DNA of 16,556 nucleotides from Candidatus Micrarchaeia archaeon (GTDB lineage Archaea; Micrarchaeota; Micrarchaeia; Burarchaeales; JACRGF01): NCBI GenBank assembly GCA_038870455.1, contig JAWCPB010000013.1, positions 11,607 to 28,162 of the forward strand, read 5' to 3'. Shown piece by piece: positions 14,295 to 16,556 of this stretch (position 1 is its first letter; each line of letters starts with the position of its first letter). The notes under the pieces were generated by a model. It saw only the letters and a program-made list of their open reading frames with translations, ran no database searches and was not told where the DNA came from. The position numbers and the translations under genes were made by a program.

Positions 14295-15781
14295 GGCTCG
14301 ACTTCCTCAAGCCCATCGTCAAGCAGCTTCCTGAGGTCGGCCCTCCGACGAAGCCGCTCTCGTTGAACGAGAAGCTCACTTGGGTGGCCATCGCCCTGGT
14401 CATCTTCTTCGTCATGTACCACGTCTTTCCAATCGGCGCCATCCCGCAGAAGGGAGGCCAGTTCGAGTTCATCCAGATAGTCACGGCCTCGCGCATCGGG
14501 AGCCTCATCACCACGGGCATAGGCCCGATCATACTCGCCTCCATCTTCCTCCAGCTCTTCGTCGGAGCGAAGATGATTGACATCGACTTGTCCGACCCGG
14601 AGCAGAAGAAGCTCTTCACCGGAGTGCAGAAGCTCCTCGCCATCCTCCTCGCCTTCTTCGAGGGGGGCGTGTATGTGCTGTCGGGCAACGTGCCCGTCGC
14701 CGGCCGCGTGGAGGGCACGCTCCCGCTGTTCGGCGACGTCGGCCTCACCATGGCTTTTGTCGTCTTCCAGCTTGCCGTTGGCTCGATCATCCTGTTGTTT
14801 CTGGACGAGGTTGTCAGCAAGCACGGCATAGGCTCTGGCATCAGCCTGTTCATCGCCGCCGGCGTGTCGCTCTCCGTCGTCCAGGGAGCGATCGCCCTGC
14901 TCACGGGCTACGGCGGCATTCCCGAGCAGCGCACGGTGCTGTACGCGCTGCGCGAGGGAGGGGCGAACGCCATTCCCAACGCCATCATCGCCATGCTTCC
15001 CCTGCTCTTCACAGTCGTCATCTTTCTCGTGGTCACCTACGCCGAGGGAATGAAGGTCGAGATTCCGCTCGCGTTCGAGCGCTTCCGTGGGTTCGGCGGC
15101 CGCTTCCCCATCAAGTTTCTTTACGTGAGCAACATCCCGGTCATCCTCGCGAGCGCGCTGCTGCTCAACCTCCAGCTTTGGGGCCGCTCGCTCGCGGGCA
15201 ACACGCTGTTCGTCGGTGGCGCCGACCTCGTCAAGCTGCTCGTACAGACCGACGCGAGCGGGCAACTGATCGGCGGAGTGCTGTACTTCCTCACCCCGCG
15301 CTTTTTCAACCCCTTGTTCGTCGGCTACGGCACGTACATCGACTCTTTTTTCGGCGTTAAGGAAATGCTCCTTCCCTTCGCCGGCTCCGTGTTCATTCCC
15401 GAGTGGATTCACATAATCACTTACGTTGTTTTCCTGTGCATCCTGTGCGTGGTCTTCGGCCAGTTCTGGATAGAGACGACAGGCATGGGCCCGAAGGAAG
15501 TCGCCGAGCAGCTCCAGCGCTCAGGCCTCCAGGTTCCGGGCTTCAGGCGCGACCCGCGCATCATCGAGGGCGTGCTCGCCAAGTACATCCCAACCATAAC
15601 AATCCTGGGAAGTGTTTTCGTCGGCCTTCTCGCCGCTTTCGCCGACCTCACCGGCGCGCTCGGCACGGGCACGGGCATCCTGCTCACCGTCGGCATTCTG
15701 CACCGCACTTACGAAGAGCTTCAGGCCCAGAAGATGTTCGAGCTTTACCCTGGCCTGCGCAGCTTGGTGGGCGGAGCATGA
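14291..15781 (+). CDS. secY: Preprotein translocase subunit SecY
   Basis: LPEVGPP, GIGPIILASIFLQL, DEVVSKHGIGSGISLFIAAGV, YVSNIPVIL, PGFRRDPR, GTGILLTV. Confidence 0.98.
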   Translation: MRLDFLKPIVKQLPEVGPPTKPLSLNEKLTWVAIALVIFFVMYHVFPIGAIPQKGGQFEFIQIVTASRIGSLITTGIGPIILASIFLQLFVGAKMIDIDLSDPEQKKLFTGVQKLLAILLAFFEGGVYVLSGNVPVAGRVEGTLPLFGDVGLTMAFVVFQLAVGSIILLFLDEVVSKHGIGSGISLFIAAGVSLSVVQGAIALLTGYGGIPEQRTVLYALREGGANAIPNAIIAMLPLLFTVVIFLVVTYAEGMKVEIPLAFERFRGFGGRFPIKFLYVSNIPVILASALLLNLQLWGRSLAGNTLFVGGADLVKLLVQTDASGQLIGGVLYFLTPRFFNPLFVGYGTYIDSFFGVKEMLLPFAGSVFIPEWIHIITYVVFLCILCVVFGQFWIETTGMGPKEVAEQLQRSGLQVPGFRRDPRIIEGVLAKYIPTITILGSVFVGLLAAFADLTGALGTGTGILLTVGILHRTYEELQAQKMFELYPGLRSLVGGA

Positions 15782-15790
15782 GGTGATGGG

Positions 15791-16348
15791 ATGATTATCG
15801 TGATGGGAGAGCCTGGCGCGGGAAAGACAACCGTTCTCACCGCTGCGCTCAAGCAGCTTCCCGGCTGGAGGAGTGTCGTGTACGGCGACCTCATGTTCGA
15901 CATCGCGAGGAAGATGGGAATCGCGAGGAAAGACGACATCCGCAAGCAGCCCGTGGCCATTCAGAAAAAGATTCAGGAGAAGGTGGCGCGCGCGCTCGCC
16001 AAAGAAAAAGGGAAGCTCATTCTCGACACGCACTGCAGCATTCTCACTCCGGAGGGCTACATCCCAGGCCTTCCCTACTCGCTTCTCAAGAGCCTGAGAG
16101 TCGAGCGGCTGATATACATTTCTGCCCCCATAGAGCACATCATGGCGAGAAGGCAGCGCGACACCAGCCGCGCCCGCGACCTCCAGCCACGCGCCGCGCT
16201 CGAGGAGCACGCGCTCTTGAACAGGGCCTTCCTATGCGCCTACAGCGCGCTCACGGGCGCGCCCGCAACCATCATCCTCAACGAGGACGGCGCGCTCGAA
16301 AAAGCGGTCGAGCGCTTTGTGGCGCTCGTAAAAAGCGGTGAGGACTGA
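15791..16348 (+). CDS. adkA: Archaeal adenylate kinase
   Basis: P-loop GEPGAGKTT, YGDLM, DDIRK, ILDTH, TPEGYIPGLP, RRQRDTSRARD, and position after secY. Confidence 0.95.
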   Translation: MIIVMGEPGAGKTTVLTAALKQLPGWRSVVYGDLMFDIARKMGIARKDDIRKQPVAIQKKIQEKVARALAKEKGKLILDTHCSILTPEGYIPGLPYSLLKSLRVERLIYISAPIEHIMARRQRDTSRARDLQPRAALEEHALLNRAFLCAYSALTGAPATIILNEDGALEKAVERFVALVKSGED

Positions 16349-16556
16349 TGCAGGCCGACCTCGCCTTTCTCCTCATCACAGTCATTGCGGCGGCCTACGT
16401 CTTTTTCTCCAGCCTCATGACCACGGTCTATGGAAACAGGGCGCGCGTGAAGGAAATCCAGGAGAGGATGAACAGGATTAACAGGGAGCACGCGGCCGCG
16501 CTGAAGAGCGGGGACAAGGAGGCGCTGGCGCGCGCCGAAAAGGCTCAGGCCGAGGA
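16348..16556 (+). CDS. DUF106 (EMC3/TMCO1, Oxa1-superfamily) membrane protein, 3' truncated by the window
   Basis: ATG overlaps the adk stop. Translation MQADLAFLLITVIAAAYVFFSSLMTTVYGNRARVKEIQERMNRINREHAAALKSGDKE shows a TM helix followed by a coiled coil. Conserved position after adk. Confidence 0.85.
   Translation, partial: MQADLAFLLITVIAAAYVFFSSLMTTVYGNRARVKEIQERMNRINREHAAALKSGDKEALARAEKAQAE

Noticed and set aside
3361-16491. Many long antisense or alternative-frame ORFs (e.g. 3361-4404, 4456-5463, 14174-15412)
   Set aside because: They are shadow ORFs of GC-rich, codon-biased genes. They overlap unambiguous ribosomal/secY genes and show no recognisable motifs.

Overview
GC-rich archaeal DNA. 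The divergent ribosomal proteins suggest a DPANN lineage such as Micrarchaeota, but this is inference only. From 2321 to the end lies a complete, canonically ordered archaeal S10/spc super-operon: L3, L4, L23, L2, S19, L22, S3, L29, SUI1/aIF1, Rnp1, S17, L14, L24, S4e, L5, S14, S8, L6, L32e, L19e, L18, S5, L30, L15, SecY, AdkA and a partial DUF106. Bases 1-2130 are an accessory block, more AT-rich in its middle. It holds an atypical HD-GYP-family protein (GYP loop deleted, pre-toxin-like N-terminus, probable frameshift), a convergent leaderless HEAT-repeat gene with an operator-like palindrome, and an unannotated decayed histidine-kinase ATPase fragment. The best leads are (1) a ~155-nt, strongly base-paired leader ahead of rpl3 that could sequester the SD (candidate ribosomal leader RNA), (2) a 126-bp duplication/insertion with a palindrome and a 38-aa mini-ORF between rps5 and rpl30, (3) the toxin-like HD-GYP protein, and (4) L29 with a ~100-aa Lys/Glu tail containing a tandem repeat.
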